Assembly: GCA_038450185.1 (NCBI GenBank)
Contig: GCA_038450185.1_4765.1
Source of the DNA: a phage
Strand: one strand, 5' to 3'
DNA: 64,000 nucleotides
Shown piece after piece: positions 7,897-16,950 of this stretch; the stretch's first letter is position 1, and each line of letters begins with the position of its first letter. The notes under the pieces were generated by a model. That model did not search any database. It saw only the letters and a program-made list of their open reading frames with translations, and had not been told where the DNA came from. A program made the position numbers and the translations under genes.

Positions 7897-8184
7897 TTAA
7901 AACAGTCCTTCCTGTACACCGTAGTAGAGTTCATCGCTGATAATTTCATTAATGCGACGGTGTGCATATTCCTGATTTGCGAAGTTGTCAGCAAGTTCTA
8001 CTTTAGTTTCGCCGTCATGAGTCCATTTAGTGATAACTTTACCATCTGCAAATTTGAAGTTGAACTCTTTAGCTACTGCATCGCGTACCAGACGTGCAAA
8101 CTTATTGTTGCGGATTGCATTGTCGGTTTCGTGTGCAGCGTGAGCGAATTTGTTAACTTTCAGGGTGATAGTAATGTATGCCAT
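7897..8184 (-). CDS. hypothetical early protein (95 aa)
   Basis: ORF behind its own promoter. Confidence 0.5.
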   Translation of the reverse strand: MAYITITLKVNKFAHAAHETDNAIRNNKFARLVRDAVAKEFNFKFADGKVITKWTHDGETKVELADNFANQEYAHRRINEIISDELYYGVQEGLF

Positions 8185-8230
8185 AATTTGATTCTCCTAG
8201 TTAGAAAGTGTATCTCGTTTCGATGGGTGT

Positions 8231-8259
8231 ATTATGCTATACACCCAACCTCATGTCAA
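8231..8259 (-). promoter_or_regulatory. sigma70-type early promoter, TTGACA-17-CATAAT
   Basis: -35 and -10 hexamers on the minus strand. Confidence 0.5.
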
Positions 8260-8265
8260 CACTTT

Positions 8266-8544
8266 TTATAAAATAATTTTTTGATATTTTTCTATGATGT
8301 TCGTGTAATTCACATCAACCGCTAGCACCGTTGCTTCGAATCCACCGTTTAGCCAATGGCTATGATCGTGATCGTGAAAGAAACCTAGACCAGTACGAAG
8401 ACCTTCTTTATATTCGGCGCGTACATTTAGATCATCATCGATAAACAGATAAAACCATGAATTTTTACTAGGATTGATGATACAACCTTTCAGATTCGGG
8501 AGAATATCACGACTAAGAATAAACTTATCACCTACTTTGAACAT
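8266..8544 (-). CDS. small protein, HxHW paralog family member (92 aa)
   Basis: HDHSHWL...VLAVDV motif; trimmed to internal ATG. Confidence 0.55.
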   Translation of the reverse strand: MFKVGDKFILSRDILPNLKGCIINPSKNSWFYLFIDDDLNVRAEYKEGLRTGLGFFHDHDHSHWLNGGFEATVLAVDVNYTNIIEKYQKIIL

Positions 8545-8558
8545 AATATTTTCCTCAC

Positions 8559-8867
8559 TTATAAAGTTTGACCGTTGTTTTTCGCGTAATGCTGAATGCG
8601 TGCTTGATCTGCTTCCGATGGTGATAGATTCCATGCAACCACTACAACTTCTGAAGCATCGTCATCCGTTTCTGATACCCAATGATTGTGATTCATACAG
8701 TTATTTGCTATCGAGTGAGCAAATGATTTCATCACTGGAGACGTATAATCATAGTAACGGATTTTCAGATTTTCATCAACATACAAGTAGATCGTATACG
8801 GCTTATATTCAGTAACCAATAACAGACAGTTACGCAATTCTGGGAAAATCTTTTTAGTTAATTTCAT
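8559..8867 (-). CDS. small protein, HxHW paralog family member (102 aa)
   Basis: YLYVDENL...NHNHWV...VVVVAW motif pattern. Confidence 0.5.
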   Translation of the reverse strand: MKLTKKIFPELRNCLLLVTEYKPYTIYLYVDENLKIRYYDYTSPVMKSFAHSIANNCMNHNHWVSETDDDASEVVVVAWNLSPSEADQARIQHYAKNNGQTL

Positions 8868-9069
8868 ATTCTAGTTCTCCGTAATACACGGTAATCCATT
8901 TTTCTTCATACTTTGTATCTTTCCAGCACACAATCCCGTTTACTGTGCAATCTTTGGAATTGACGAATGATTCATATTGTTCTGCATCTTCCATCATTTC
9001 ATGAGCGGTCTTTTCATCGAATATATCGCAGATCGCTTTATATGCTCGATAATCTTTAAATTTGCTCAT
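8854..9069 (-). CDS. hypothetical small protein, tandem paralog A
   Basis: MSKFKDYRAY...MMEDA...GIVCWKDT shared with 9072..9281. Confidence 0.5.
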   Translation of the reverse strand: MSKFKDYRAYKAICDIFDEKTAHEMMEDAEQYESFVNSKDCTVNGIVCWKDTKYEEKWITVYYGELEYEIN

Positions 9070-9071
9070 AA

Positions 9072-9281
9072 TTAACACCACTCAAGAGTTTTTGAAAACA
9101 CATCTATCCATTGTTGAGTATATGCGGTTTCTTTCCATGACACAATACCAGTCGAATAATGGTTTTTGTTTCCAGAAAAGGACGGGCATTTTGATGCATC
9201 TTCCATCATCTTTTCGGCGAACTCTGGTGCGTATACTCGCAGGATCTGTTGATATGCTTTATAGTCTTTAAATTTGCTCAT
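9072..9281 (-). CDS. hypothetical small protein, tandem paralog B
   Basis: MSKFKDYKAY...MMEDA...GIVSWKET shared with 8854..9069. Confidence 0.5.
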   Translation of the reverse strand: MSKFKDYKAYQQILRVYAPEFAEKMMEDASKCPSFSGNKNHYSTGIVSWKETAYTQQWIDVFSKTLEWC

Positions 9282-9546
9282 AATCGTTAACTACCTTATC
9301 AGCTTCTTTTATTGTTTTTACATCAACTGCGATAATCCGTAAAGGTTCGTCGAAGGTCCACCAATGATCGTGAATATCAGCTTGTGATTTATCACCAAAG
9401 GAATCACGAATATCATTTTTACATTTATAGCTAATGTGACCGTCATAGTCAACATAAAGGTAATTATCGAAAATCGGCGTTTTTAAGATCATACCGAAAA
9501 ATCTTTCTTTGTGTGTCTTATCCAGTGTTGCAGTAATTCGCATCAT
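9268..9546 (-). CDS. small protein, HxHW paralog family member (92 aa)
   Basis: YLYVDYDG...HDHWW...IIAVDV motif. Confidence 0.55.
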   Translation of the reverse strand: MMRITATLDKTHKERFFGMILKTPIFDNYLYVDYDGHISYKCKNDIRDSFGDKSQADIHDHWWTFDEPLRIIAVDVKTIKEADKVVNDYEQI

Positions 9547-9558
9547 AATATATTCCTC

Positions 9559-9738
9559 TTAGAAAGGGATGGTCATTTCTTGAGCTTGTACATTCTCGTT
9601 AGGATTAAACTTCATCCAACCGATATTGTCTACCAGCATATGTACATTTTTATCATATCCTACGTGAGTAGTCAACACTAAATGTGCTTTACCTTCAACG
9701 ATGATTTCCATGTACTTCTGAACTTCGATAGCTTTCAT
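9559..9738 (-). CDS. hypothetical small protein (about 59 aa, below track cutoff)
   Basis: ATG-initiated ORF MKAIEVQKYMEII... behind a TTGACA -35 at about 9794. Confidence 0.4.
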   Translation of the reverse strand: MKAIEVQKYMEIIVEGKAHLVLTTHVGYDKNVHMLVDNIGWMKFNPNENVQAQEMTIPF

Positions 9739-9802
9739 TTTGATTCTCCGTTTGTTGTCTTGATGGGAGTATATTACTACTCCCTTTAATCATTGTCAAC
9801 TA

Positions 9803-9970
9803 TTATTTGTTAATTTCCGGTGCGTTGCTCGGATAGTAACCTTCTTTAACACCCAGATATTTCGCAACCATTCCGGTGATCTTCTGTGCTACTACGATAT
9901 CGAATTTCAGGTAGTCTTCACCGTGGTTTGCTACAATGTATGCTTCGCATTCTGCTTTAGTCTGGAACAT
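9803..9970 (-). CDS. hypothetical small protein (55 aa), paralog of 6060..6227
   Basis: About 90% nucleotide identity to 6060..6227 by eye; same promoter type. Confidence 0.55.
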   Translation of the reverse strand: MFQTKAECEAYIVANHGEDYLKFDIVVAQKITGMVAKYLGVKEGYYPSNAPEINK

Positions 9971-10003
9971 TTTTGATTCTCCTATATCTCGTTGGTATGT
10001 GTG

Positions 10004-10033
10004 CATTATAGGGGATCACCGATCCCCTGTCAA
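10004..10033 (-). promoter_or_regulatory. sigma70-type early promoter with GGGGATC..GATCCCC spacer
   Basis: Near-identical to promoter at 3885..3913. Confidence 0.55.
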
Positions 10034-10041
10034 CAACTTTT

Positions 10042-10344
10042 TTATTCTTCGTCTTTATCTTTATATGCGTATTTCATAAATTTGTCTGCTACTTCATCGG
10101 CATGTTCCGATTCTACGTCGGATTCGAGAACAATAGCAAGATCGGTTTCGTCGTTTCCGTCATACCAATGATTATGAGTATCGTTTTCTTCGATATAGAA
10201 TGAGTCATTTGGAGTTGGACGACAATATACATCTAAATTCTCATCGATGTAAAAGATCCAATCTTCGTAAAGAATAACCGTATTAGCCAGATTTTTATTG
10301 CCTTCAACGAAAGGTTCAGCTACAAATAGCTTAGTTTGTTCCAT
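10042..10344 (-). CDS. small protein, HxHW paralog family member (100 aa)
   Basis: IFYIDENL...THNHWY...LAIVLESDV motif; trimmed to internal ATG. Confidence 0.5.
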   Translation of the reverse strand: MEQTKLFVAEPFVEGNKNLANTVILYEDWIFYIDENLDVYCRPTPNDSFYIEENDTHNHWYDGNDETDLAIVLESDVESEHADEVADKFMKYAYKDKDEE

Positions 10345-10360
10345 AATATTTTCCTCAAAA

Positions 10361-10552
10361 TTATACAGCTTCGTAAACTTCCCAATGTTCAGCGCCAGCA
10401 CGCTTAACGAAAAGGTTTTCTTTGATGTTATTCATAAACGTCTGGATGGATTTAATGCGGTTGGAAGGTTTCCAGTCTTCGTTAGCATTTCGGCGATACA
10501 TTATAACATTACCAGATCGCTTATATTCAGCAACCATTTTAAGACCACACAT
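10361..10552 (-). CDS. hypothetical small protein (63 aa)
   Basis: ATG-initiated ORF in the array. Confidence 0.4.
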   Translation of the reverse strand: MCGLKMVAEYKRSGNVIMYRRNANEDWKPSNRIKSIQTFMNNIKENLFVKRAGAEHWEVYEAV

Positions 10553-10608
10553 AATATTATCCTCAATTTGTGGGAGAGTATTACCCTCCAGATTATTGTT
10601 ATACTACA

Positions 10609-10911
10609 TTACGCAAAATGGCGTGTCAATGCTTCTTTTGCTGTTCCGCTAAGATTCTCGATCTCTCCTGGCATAACATCAACCGCCAGAACTTCTACAA
10701 CATCCTCTGATCCTAACCAGTGAGTATGACCTTTGTAGAACTTGATATCCCATTTATCGCTATCGCTAGCCCACCACACATCACCGTCGATAAAGTTGAT
10801 GTAAAGCACACTACGACACATTGAATTAATTACTTTCAATACTGCGCCTTTCATATCTTCCACGGTATGGTCTTCCATTTTGAAGACCTCACCTACCTGA
10901 ACTTTTGCCAT
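10609..10911 (-). CDS. small protein, HxHW paralog family member (100 aa)
   Basis: LYINFIDGDV...KGHTHWL...VLAVDV motif. Confidence 0.55.
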   Translation of the reverse strand: MAKVQVGEVFKMEDHTVEDMKGAVLKVINSMCRSVLYINFIDGDVWWASDSDKWDIKFYKGHTHWLGSEDVVEVLAVDVMPGEIENLSGTAKEALTRHFA

Positions 10912-10928
10912 TTAGTCACCTCTCTTTA

Positions 10929-11108
10929 TTACATAACAATCACGCCAGCCGTTGAAAGTTGATGTTTCAACTGAGCATTTTCTGCTACTGTCAAATCAAT
11001 GATTTCTTGTGACGCTGCAATCATATAGCCATTGGTGATATTGTTTTTCATCAGTTCAATGGTTTCTTCGTTGTAGCGGATTTTAGCGATGATTTCGTTG
11101 AAGTTCAT
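10929..11108 (-). CDS. hypothetical small protein (59 aa from internal ATG)
   Basis: Track ORF start lies upstream of the promoter; trimmed. Confidence 0.4.
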   Translation of the reverse strand: MNFNEIIAKIRYNEETIELMKNNITNGYMIAASQEIIDLTVAENAQLKHQLSTAGVIVM

Positions 11109-11142
11109 AATTGATTCTCCTAGTTCGTTTCGGTATGTGTGT

Positions 11143-11171
11143 AGTATAGGGGATCGGTGATCCCCTGTCAA
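11143..11171 (-). promoter_or_regulatory. sigma70-type early promoter with GGGGATCGGTGATCCCC spacer
   Basis: -35 TTGACA, -10 TATACT. Confidence 0.5.
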
Positions 11172-11184
11172 CAACTTTTTTGAA

Positions 11185-11661
11185 TTATTTTTCTTTATGC
11201 TCGCGCTCATACTTTTCGAAATAAAATTCTACTGGCTGGTCGTGGATTGACAGTAAGCCAAAGCGTTTAGCCGCTCGCAATCCCATATTGCGCTGAATGT
11301 ACTTCTGGAAGTTCTCGCGTATACACTTACGCCAGTATTCTAAGCCCATACAGCTTTTATAAAGATTGCATTGCACACATGCCGGATTCATGTTATCAAG
11401 TATATCATGCTCCGGTTTATGCATTCCTACAACCTTATACTTCCACGATCCATCATCATTACGGGCAATTCGTCCATTTTCATCATAGACTACCTTTGAG
11501 CGTCGCAATACTGGTTTGATGTGGTCTGCGTGCCAGCGATCCCCTAGTTCCTCGCCACAATAGGCACAACGTCCACCATATTTCATTTTCAGGATCTGGC
11601 GTTGCTCTTTCTTTGACAATTTTTTAGGTTTAGGGGCTTTCGCCCCTTCATTATCACACAT
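11185..11661 (-). CDS. HNH endonuclease
   Basis: CAYCGEEL...WHADHIKP HNH motif plus C-terminal CVQCN; overlaps the ligase 3' end by 8 nt. Confidence 0.55.
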   Translation of the reverse strand: MCDNEGAKAPKPKKLSKKEQRQILKMKYGGRCAYCGEELGDRWHADHIKPVLRRSKVVYDENGRIARNDDGSWKYKVVGMHKPEHDILDNMNPACVQCNLYKSCMGLEYWRKCIRENFQKYIQRNMGLRAAKRFGLLSIHDQPVEFYFEKYEREHKEK

Positions 11662-13153
11662 CGAATACCTCTTTTACTGTATTTGCAGTGGTCTTGTCGT
11701 AGCGAATACGTTTGATGATCGGGAGAAATAAAGAGAACTCCGGTTCATCTTCTTTACGTGATTTGCTGCGGATATACCCGTTGCATGTCATCTCAATGAC
11801 TTTTCCAATCAGGTTATGACGGTCAGCCCATAACATTTCTCGGTCAAGTTCATTTCTACGATCGAACGGAATCACACGTTCAATACCATCATCTTTTTCG
11901 GTTGTAGTGTCGGTCAATCCCGATCCGGTGTTGGTCATCATTCGTCCGCACGCACTACGGACAGTAAAACCGCCTACCTTATTAGGATCTTTACTATGCG
12001 GATATACATCAACAATTTCCGCGTCGAAGTCAATCACTTCTTTAAATTTAACCTGATCTTTACTGCGACGATCTTCAAATACACCATGCAGATTTTTAAG
12101 GATAATACCTTCTAATCCCATGTTTACATATCGATGATATACTTCGCGAGCTTCATCGATATTGTTAACTACAGTATTTTCGATTATCTGCACACGAGGA
12201 TCGTTAAGTTCTTCAACAATCTGTTTTAGTTCTTCGAATCGATCTTTATATTGCTTCGTTGCTTTCTCGTTTCCGTAATACACATCACGGTTGATAACAT
12301 CCCAGACAGTGTAAACAATACATTGGGCTTCTTCTTTTGGAATAGTTCCTTTCAGTGATTTGTTGAGGATACCATTTCCGGTCTGACGATCTGCAACAAC
12401 GGATTCTTTTACTGCTTCCGCTACTGGCGTTAATGGCATTTCCTCTTCTTCAAATATCCATGACAGAGTACCATCATAAACGCTTTCAACGAAGTTCTGC
12501 GCTGGTGTTTGCGAAAGGGTAGGCATATATACCAATTCGCCATCTAGAACAATTCCACGGCCTCGTAGACGCTCTAAAACAGCAAACAAATCATCCAGCC
12601 CCTGATAGGTATTACCTGAACGGGTATATATTGCTAGTGTTTCCCCGTCAATATCAGCCATACCACGAGCGCCATCACTTTTAAGTTGTGCATATGCCGG
12701 ATATTTGATATTAGCAATAGCCTTATCAGAATATGACGATGCAAGGTGGCATGGTTGCTGTGGGATCAGTTTCTTCCATACCTTGTTTGCAGTGGTAGCG
12801 GAACAACCGCATTCCAGATCACGATTCAGGACCATCATTGCAACTTTAGCATCATCTTCTGACAAGCAAGTCAGAGTATCGGTAACTAGTTGTAATGCAG
12901 CATTACCAGTTACTTGACGCGTGGCAAGTTTATTTTTAAAGACCTGTAATGCACCGGATAAAGACAATACAGACGAATAACGCGATGGTTTATCGTATTT
13001 CTTTACGCCAAACGTAACCTGTTTGCAATATGCCAGATAAAAGCATTCTTTCAGCGTTTCATTGCTTGCAGATTCTTTCAGGATCTTTTCTTTCAGCGAT
13101 GTTTTGTCTGTCGCTGCAAGCTGATTAATGATATTAAGAATTGACATTTTCAC
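11654..13153 (-). CDS. 30: ATP-dependent DNA ligase
   Basis: 499 aa; adenylation motif KSDGAR; position and size match T4 gp30. Confidence 0.85.
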   Translation of the reverse strand: MKMSILNIINQLAATDKTSLKEKILKESASNETLKECFYLAYCKQVTFGVKKYDKPSRYSSVLSLSGALQVFKNKLATRQVTGNAALQLVTDTLTCLSEDDAKVAMMVLNRDLECGCSATTANKVWKKLIPQQPCHLASSYSDKAIANIKYPAYAQLKSDGARGMADIDGETLAIYTRSGNTYQGLDDLFAVLERLRGRGIVLDGELVYMPTLSQTPAQNFVESVYDGTLSWIFEEEEMPLTPVAEAVKESVVADRQTGNGILNKSLKGTIPKEEAQCIVYTVWDVINRDVYYGNEKATKQYKDRFEELKQIVEELNDPRVQIIENTVVNNIDEAREVYHRYVNMGLEGIILKNLHGVFEDRRSKDQVKFKEVIDFDAEIVDVYPHSKDPNKVGGFTVRSACGRMMTNTGSGLTDTTTEKDDGIERVIPFDRRNELDREMLWADRHNLIGKVIEMTCNGYIRSKSRKEDEPEFSLFLPIIKRIRYDKTTANTVKEVFDV

Positions 13154-13613
13154 CTCGTTTTGTTAAACGTTCACGAATATCATTGAGGATACTACAAAAT
13201 TCCGATTCGGTCAATATGGTCTTTAACGGATCAGTTCCACCTATACTATGACGTAATTTCTTATTTCCTGTAGCAAGTAATGCTTTACAAAATTCTGGGT
13301 TATTCCGTGCCATCGTAACAAATGCCAGATGTACCAGTCTGTAATAATGCTCACTCATTCGATGAATCTGGCGACCCTGAAAATATAACATGTGATTCTC
13401 AATCTTTTCAGTTCTTCCGGTTCTTTTTGCTTTGCCACCGTGCATCAAAAAGATTTCTCTTTGTCTCTGAGGGTTCTTAAATCTTAGCCCCTGTAAAAAT
13501 CCTTCTGTGCTGTTAATATCGCAACCAAATAGACGGAATGGTCTTTTATTGAAATTACTCAATTCACCCGATGGATAAGGTCCACCCGCATAGATATCAA
13601 TTTCAGAAGTCAT
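13134..13613 (-). CDS. NADAR (YbiA-like) domain protein
   Basis: N-terminal GPYPSGELSNF...STEGFLQGLRF resembles the NADAR/DUF1768 signature; 159 aa. Confidence 0.5.
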   Translation of the reverse strand: MTSEIDIYAGGPYPSGELSNFNKRPFRLFGCDINSTEGFLQGLRFKNPQRQREIFLMHGGKAKRTGRTEKIENHMLYFQGRQIHRMSEHYYRLVHLAFVTMARNNPEFCKALLATGNKKLRHSIGGTDPLKTILTESEFCSILNDIRERLTKRGENVNS

Positions 13614-13821
13614 TGAAACTAATCTCGCTAATCAGAGAGAACGGATCATAATCGTCATTAGGAATATCGATAGTAATCGAATGAGGATTTACCCATACAC
13701 CAAACTGGTCTTCTTCGGTGAATACTTCGGTATGGATTTCGTGGATGTTTACATTCATAGTTTTCATAATAAAATTCCTTAATAATCAATAACTTACAAA
13801 ATCATATAGCCAAAATATAGG

Positions 13822-13845
13822 CGGGATTATTTCCCGCCGTTTAAA
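13822..13845 (-). terminator. hairpin downstream of gene 31
   Basis: GGCGGGA-loop-TCCCGCC stem-loop. Confidence 0.4.
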
Positions 13846-13849
13846 ATCA

Positions 13850-14173
13850 TTAACCGTAAACTACCACAATATTCTGTTTGTGCGTTACAGTCCATTTCAG
13901 GTCGATCTCTTCTTCCTTCTTAACGCCGTTAATAACGTCTGGATGAGGAACTTTATTCATCTTTCCATGTGGCAGTAGAACAGTTTTACCCAGCAACTCT
14001 TTATCTACCGTTTCACCAATATCAATAATCTTACCTACCAGCGGAATCTCGCCCATAGTGCGCTTTTGCTCAATAATGATCCCCATAGAGCTTTTTACTT
14101 CGGTCCCTGCGCTTTCTGCTTTAGCTTCGATAATTACATAATCACCAAGTGCTTTAGGAGTTTTAACGGTCAT
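13850..14173 (-). CDS. 31: co-chaperonin (GroES-like) for capsid folding
   Basis: 107 aa GroES-like ORF with GDYVII motif; position between cd and ligase as in T4. Confidence 0.6.
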   Translation of the reverse strand: MTVKTPKALGDYVIIEAKAESAGTEVKSSMGIIIEQKRTMGEIPLVGKIIDIGETVDKELLGKTVLLPHGKMNKVPHPDVINGVKKEEEIDLKWTVTHKQNIVVVYG

Positions 14174-14214
14174 AATTTTATTACCTCTTCAAATCAATAC
14201 AGTTTAATGATGAA

Positions 14215-14535
14215 TTATTTATAAATTTCGACGATCTGCGCTGGAGTCAGCCCGTCTACATTAATCAGACTATCAAGCCCAAAACTACGGAAACCTTCAA
14301 CTGCAATTTCATATACTGGCAAAGATGTTTCTGATTCTTTATGCGGTTTTTCAACATTCGGAACTAACCACTTTTCGTATGTTTCAAACGGCATCAGTGC
14401 CGGATCTCGCGTGGCGATCATCTCACGGACAGTACCATCTTTCTTAGTAAACTGTAAAGAGTGAGTACCTACAGCAAGCATTTTCTTTAGTGCTTCACGA
14501 AGTGCGATATTATCAATTTGTTCAGTCATTATCAA
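14215..14535 (-). CDS. hypothetical protein (106 aa)
   Basis: ORF overlapping the cd stop. Confidence 0.45.
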   Translation of the reverse strand: MIMTEQIDNIALREALKKMLAVGTHSLQFTKKDGTVREMIATRDPALMPFETYEKWLVPNVEKPHKESETSLPVYEIAVEGFRSFGLDSLINVDGLTPAQIVEIYK

Positions 14536-15028
14536 TACCCTTCAAATCAGTCAATAATGCTTTTGGAATACGCGTAACCGTAATGTCGGCTTTATCCAAA
14601 ATATCAGCCCAATCACGCCCACCATTTCGGTCGTATGTATCGCAATAGTATAGATGTTTAATACCACTGTTTGCAATTGCTTTAGCGCAATCTGGACACG
14701 GTGAAGCAGTACACCACATACTAGCGCCTTCAATCGATACACCGCTACGGGCAGCAAACAAAATAGCATTTAATTCAGCGTGGATCTCGTTTTTCTGTGA
14801 CCATGCACTATGTTCTGGTCGTTTTTCTGGGATCATTTTACCGTCACCATCCAGCCAACCGCTTTTATGTGCATGACAGCTACAATTTACTTGCCCTGCT
14901 GGAGTGCCATTAAATCCAGTAGAAATGATTCGCCCGTCTTTTTCAATTAGTGCGCCTACCTTCCACGAAACACATTTAGAGTTCTTTGCGATTAGATAGG
15001 CGATCTGCATGTAAGTTTGTGACAACAT
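14522..15028 (-). CDS. cd: dCMP deaminase
   Basis: Zinc-binding motifs HAELNAI and CPDCAKAI. Confidence 0.85.
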   Translation of the reverse strand: MLSQTYMQIAYLIAKNSKCVSWKVGALIEKDGRIISTGFNGTPAGQVNCSCHAHKSGWLDGDGKMIPEKRPEHSAWSQKNEIHAELNAILFAARSGVSIEGASMWCTASPCPDCAKAIANSGIKHLYYCDTYDRNGGRDWADILDKADITVTRIPKALLTDLKGIDND

Positions 15029-15049
15029 AATATAATCCTCACATATTAA

Positions 15050-15253
15050 TTAACCGTATACGCGAAAGTATTCTACTGATCCGTCGCTATATTGTTTTAC
15101 ATTGAATGTATTCACGCCATGATCATTGCTCATAATGACATACACACTGCGACGCTCATCACTAAACGGGTTAACTGGTGCTGGTTCAATTTCAACATTA
15201 AAACCACGTTTAGCAAGTGCTTCGCCTAATTTCTTGAGTTTATCGGTAAACAT
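15050..15253 (-). CDS. hypothetical small protein (67 aa)
   Basis: ORF between pseT and cd. Confidence 0.4.
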   Translation of the reverse strand: MFTDKLKKLGEALAKRGFNVEIEPAPVNPFSDERRSVYVIMSNDHGVNTFNVKQYSDGSVEYFRVYG

Positions 15254-16152
15254 TAAAAGTCTCCGTAGTTAACCTGAAAACATTCTACACCAATTGAGCG
15301 GTACATGTCAACCACTTGATCACGGTCATCTACTGCCAAAACAACATGATATCGCGGTGCAATTTCAGAGAAGAAAATCTCTTTCTTTACTTCATGATCA
15401 GGACGACGATCATTAGTTTCACGTTGAAAGTGATCACTAGGTTCAATACCCTGTTCACGCAACCATTGCAGAGTATCTTCTTCGCAAACATCCTCACGCC
15501 CTGAGCATGTAATGATACGATAGCCATTATCACGATACAGTTTAAGCATTTCGACCACTTGCTGACGTGGTTTATCTTCTTTGACCTTTGTCCAGTCAAA
15601 CGGATGACGACCGCCCTTATCCGCTAATGTTCCATCAATATCAAAGATCACTGCCTTTGGCAGCATAGTATTCGGTTTGTATACTTCTTGACCCATATAT
15701 TCCTGCATCAGATAAAATTGGTTGCGCAAATGAGAAAGTGGAATTGCTTTCTCGCCGCGATAGAAATTACGTTTCTTTAGTGTCTCAAATGATTCATTGA
15801 ACACTTGTTCAGTATACACCGCGTTAAATTCTTTTGCAAGTTCTTTGTAGAATACACGATGTTTTTCTTTCAGGTTAGTATCAGAGATAATGATACTTAA
15901 TCCGCGTGATAGAGTCTCACGAGCAATCATTCTCTGAATAGACTCTACCAGCTTTTCCTTTTCCTTAGTATATTTGTATTTCAAAAGTGAGTCAACACCA
16001 AACAACATAAGACGAAGGTCATCACGATTCACATTACGATAATTACTAAACCTTTTACATGTTTCCATAGCCCATGTAGTTTTACCGGACCCAGAACAAC
16101 CAACGGTTAAAATCACTTCACATTTCGGCATTATTTCTCCTTCGGTTTGCAC
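15253..16152 (-). CDS. pseT: polynucleotide 5'-kinase/3'-phosphatase
   Basis: Walker A GCSGSGKTT and phosphatase motif FDIDGTLA; 299 aa. Confidence 0.85.
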   Translation of the reverse strand: MQTEGEIMPKCEVILTVGCSGSGKTTWAMETCKRFSNYRNVNRDDLRLMLFGVDSLLKYKYTKEKEKLVESIQRMIARETLSRGLSIIISDTNLKEKHRVFYKELAKEFNAVYTEQVFNESFETLKKRNFYRGEKAIPLSHLRNQFYLMQEYMGQEVYKPNTMLPKAVIFDIDGTLADKGGRHPFDWTKVKEDKPRQQVVEMLKLYRDNGYRIITCSGREDVCEEDTLQWLREQGIEPSDHFQRETNDRRPDHEVKKEIFFSEIAPRYHVVLAVDDRDQVVDMYRSIGVECFQVNYGDF

Positions 16153-16586
16153 CGTTCCTCATTAAGTTCTTTTCGATAATAACACATGATCAACTTACTT
16201 TCAAGTGTATATCTCTTAATATCCGCAAGCCAGACTCTGAATTTTTGGGAGTCCTCCCACGACATAGAAACTCTAGGTTTACCGTCTATTGTATCCACTT
16301 TCAGGTCAATGTCAACTTTTTCTATTGGTGCTGGTAGTGGAGGATGTAATTTCGGTTCCTGTGAATAATGGTCCATTGTACACGAAGAAAGAGCAAATAC
16401 AATAGGTACAGCGCAGACATGGATTATGGCGGTCTGAAAATTCTTATGTGCTTTCTTAAACATCCAGTGTATCACGAAAATTGAAAACACCATCAGGATA
16501 ATAATAATGCTTGCACCTATCCCCAGATAATCAACAAGATTAAAATTGTTTATCTGCTCTTGCGTAGACAATATTTCTATGCTCAT
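16131..16586 (-). CDS. putative o-spanin (outer-membrane lipoprotein)
   Basis: Internal signal peptide with lipobox ALSSC; true start probably internal (about 16463); adjacent to pseT as T4 pseT.2. Confidence 0.5.
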   Translation of the reverse strand: MSIEILSTQEQINNFNLVDYLGIGASIIIILMVFSIFVIHWMFKKAHKNFQTAIIHVCAVPIVFALSSCTMDHYSQEPKLHPPLPAPIEKVDIDLKVDTIDGKPRVSMSWEDSQKFRVWLADIKRYTLESKLIMCYYRKELNEERCKPKEK

Positions 16587-16906
16587 TTAGTCGCCTCCTT
16601 TAATTCTTCGGTAAACTCCTTAAATGAATCATTAAGCTGTTTCTCTACCAACTTGGGTTTTTGTGCTACTACATAGCCTCGTGTAGCGTCTTTCATTGCT
16701 TTGTTTTGTTCTTCTGCAAACTTAGTTCTTATTCCGTACATCTCCTTTTGTAGTGAGTCTACGACCTTCATCTTTTCATCTGTCTTTTTCTTATATTCTG
16801 TAAATTCCTGATTCAGTCGATCTACCTCTTTTTTATTTTCCCACCACATATTGCCACCCACCCCCAGCAATACAGATATGATAACAATGTATATCAGCTT
16901 TGACAT
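16583..16906 (-). CDS. putative i-spanin (N-terminal TMD plus coiled coil)
   Basis: MSKLIYIVIISVLLGVGG transmembrane segment then charged helical region; trimmed to internal ATG. Confidence 0.5.
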   Translation of the reverse strand: MSKLIYIVIISVLLGVGGNMWWENKKEVDRLNQEFTEYKKKTDEKMKVVDSLQKEMYGIRTKFAEEQNKAMKDATRGYVVAQKPKLVEKQLNDSFKEFTEELKEATK

Positions 16907-16922
16907 ATTACCCCCAACGACA

Positions 16923-16946
16923 AAAGGCGGGGAACTAGCCCCGCTT
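16923..16946 (-). terminator. hairpin terminator downstream of rnlA
   Basis: GGCGGGG-loop-CCCCGC then T-run on the minus strand. Confidence 0.45.
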
Positions 16947-16950
16947 ATTA

